DNA of 64,000 nt from positions 4,992,001 through 5,056,000 of the forward strand of contig OY760937.1 in assembly GCA_963664225.1 (NCBI GenBank), in the 5' to 3' direction. Positions within the stretch are counted from its first letter, which is position 1. Each line of letters starts with the position of its first letter. Of the stretch, positions 62,283-64,000 are shown in pieces. The notes below the pieces were generated by a model. That model was not told the origin of the DNA. It ran no database searches and saw only the letters and a list, made by a program, of their open reading frames with translations. The position numbers and the translations under genes are program-made. This DNA comes from Verrucomicrobiia bacterium. GTDB lineage: Bacteria; Verrucomicrobiota; Verrucomicrobiia; Limisphaerales; UBA1319.

Positions 62283-62406
62283 AACGACAACGTTGAAGTT
62301 ATGCGTAACCAGCGGTTTGTGTCAACCCGACCCGGGTGAGAATAATTCGTTGGCGCGTGTGCTGAAAATTTCATATAGCTCGGTTCATAAGAAAGATGAA
62401 TTTGTT

Positions 62407-63390
62407 GTGAAGAATCCGATTCCGGTCACCGTGCTGACAGGTTTTTTAGGCGCGGGCAAAACGACCTTGCTCAACCAATTATTGAGTCAGACGCACGGTT
62501 TTCGCTGTGCGGTGATCGTCAATGAATTTGGTCCCATCGGCATCGACAATCAACTGGTGATTGGCGCCGAGGAGGAAATTCTGCAGATGAACAACGGCTG
62601 TCTTTGCTGCCGGTTGCGCGGAGATCTGATTGAAAGCCTGGGCCGACTTTTCAAGCAGCAGAAGGAGTTCGATCATGTGCTCATAGAGACCACCGGCCTG
62701 GCCGATCCCGGTCCCATTGCGCAGACCTTCTTTTTGCCCGAGATCGCGCGCAATGTCTGCCTGGACGGCATCATCACCGTGGTGGACGCGGCGCATGTGG
62801 AGAAGGAGTTAAACGACGCGCCGGAAGCCCAGACGCAGATTGCCTATGCGGATGTGCTGCTGCTGAACAAGTCGGATTTGGTGGCGCAGGAGACTTTGGA
62901 GCGTGTGGAACGGCGTTTGCGCAAGCTCAACAAACTGGCCCAGTGCCATCGAACGCGGGAGTCGCGCATCGATTTTCGCTCGATACTCAATCTGGGGGCG
63001 CATCGTCTGGACGCGCCGATGGAATGGCCTGCGGCGACTGCTGAATCGACGCACGAGGAACATTCCGAACATGAGGAACATCGCCATGACGAGCGGGTCC
63101 GATCGTTTTATCTGAGCGATCCTCGTCCGCTGGACCTGAAAAAGACCGAGGCGTGGCTGACGCAGCTCATTGGCATGAGCGGTGGGAATCTGTATCGCAG
63201 CAAGGGGATTTTGCATGTGCAGGGACAAGCGGAAAGGATTGTTTTTCAGGGGGTCCAAACCACTTTTGGGGCGACGCCGGAGCGGCCCTGGCGCGCGGAC
63301 GAAAAGCGATTAAGCCAGTTGGTTTTTATTGGCCGGGATTTGGAGGAAGGCTACATTCGCTCCGGCTTTGAGGATTGTTTTGCCTTGTGA
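62407..63390 (+). CDS. COG0523/CobW-family metal-chaperone GTPase
   Basis: [33 protein letters not shown], His-rich [19 protein letters not shown] start inferred. Confidence 0.93.
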   Translation: MKNPIPVTVLTGFLGAGKTTLLNQLLSQTHGFRCAVIVNEFGPIGIDNQLVIGAEEEILQMNNGCLCCRLRGDLIESLGRLFKQQKEFDHVLIETTGLADPGPIAQTFFLPEIARNVCLDGIITVVDAAHVEKELNDAPEAQTQIAYADVLLLNKSDLVAQETLERVERRLRKLNKLAQCHRTRESRIDFRSILNLGAHRLDAPMEWPAATAESTHEEHSEHEEHRHDERVRSFYLSDPRPLDLKKTEAWLTQLIGMSGGNLYRSKGILHVQGQAERIVFQGVQTTFGATPERPWRADEKRLSQLVFIGRDLEEGYIRSGFEDCFAL

Positions 63391-63418
63391 TAATTTGAAC
63401 TGATTGGAAGATGCCGAT

Positions 63419-63664
63419 ATGCCGCTTTACGAATATGAGTTGCGCGACGGGGAATGCAAAATTTGCGGGGGCAAGTTTACGCTGCGCCGTCCTTTGAGCG
63501 CCCCGGAGTTAACCCAGTGCCCGGCCTGCAAAAAGCCGGTTCGCAAGGTCTTCTCGCAGTTTAACACGCCTACCATTACGAAACCGCTCTCGATTTCGGA
63601 CGCCAAGAAGGCCGGGTTTACGGTTCTCAAGAAAACCGGCAAGGGCGAATACGAGCGCCAGTAA
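63419..63664 (+). CDS. FmdB-family zinc ribbon protein
   Basis: MPLYEYE, CKICG, CPAC. Confidence 0.88.
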   Translation: MPLYEYELRDGECKICGGKFTLRRPLSAPELTQCPACKKPVRKVFSQFNTPTITKPLSISDAKKAGFTVLKKTGKGEYERQ

Positions 63665-63699
63665 CCACCGGTAAAAATCGTTTTGCGGACCCGCGCGGA

Positions 63700-64000
63700 T
63701 TATTCAAAAGCCACGCCGTTTTTGCGCCCGGTTTCCTGGATGTATTGAGCGGCCAGGCTGTATTCCTGGGCATTAGACAGATGCTCAATCATGAGTGGGG
63801 CGTCATGGGATAGTCCAGCCAGGCGGCGCAAGTAGGTGGCGTAATCGACCTGACCCAATCCGGGGCGCACCTCACGGAAATGGACGTTCATTTCAACATC
63901 CCATGTCAGGTCCTTGGCGTGGCAACTGACAATCCACCGGCCCAGTTTATCAAAGCATTCATCGATGAGTTGGGCGTTCTGGTAAAACTTCTCAGGCGAA
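63700..64000 (-). CDS. Sugar phosphate isomerase/epimerase (TIM barrel), C-terminal part, truncated by window edge
   Basis: Frame open to the edge: SCHAKD, EVRPGLGQVDY, LMIEH. Confidence 0.85.
   Translation of the reverse strand, partial: SPEKFYQNAQLIDECFDKLGRWIVSCHAKDLTWDVEMNVHFREVRPGLGQVDYATYLRRLAGLSHDAPLMIEHLSNAQEYSLAAQYIQETGRKNGVAFE

Overview
A GC-rich bacterial chromosomal segment, very probably Verrucomicrobiota (Pedosphaera/Limisphaerales-like). Support: a PVC-signature small basic protein, Tat-exported Gfo/Idh/MocA plus HEAT-repeat genes, and BlaI/M56 and TPR genes. Housekeeping genes include a two-subunit fumarase, sua5, trpD, ilvN/ilvC, folD, rluB, a polyprenyl synthase, an ECF sigma factor, a PPIase and tmRNA. 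Accessory genes include hybrid sensor kinases, a three-gene secreted glycoside-hydrolase cluster and a MacB-type ABC exporter. The most unusual signal is non-coding. (i) A 159-bp tandem repeat built of short-period motifs is interrupted by an IS3 element with a clean 3-bp duplication. (ii) The same 7-nt and 9-nt periodic motifs recur in four intergenic patches with identical strand polarity, and both IS3 elements sit in such patches. (iii) The second IS3 element abuts a pseudo-inverted-repeat and carries a structured 3' tail. (iv) A group II intron DV-DVI remnant is fused to a REP-like element. (v) A dispersed GACAAAATTC motif occurs in 4-5 intergenic copies. (vi) Integrase-arm-like repeats follow tmRNA. 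No CRISPR array, rRNA or tRNA was seen. All calls come from reading motifs by eye, not from database searches, and I cannot establish that any of this is a previously undescribed system.
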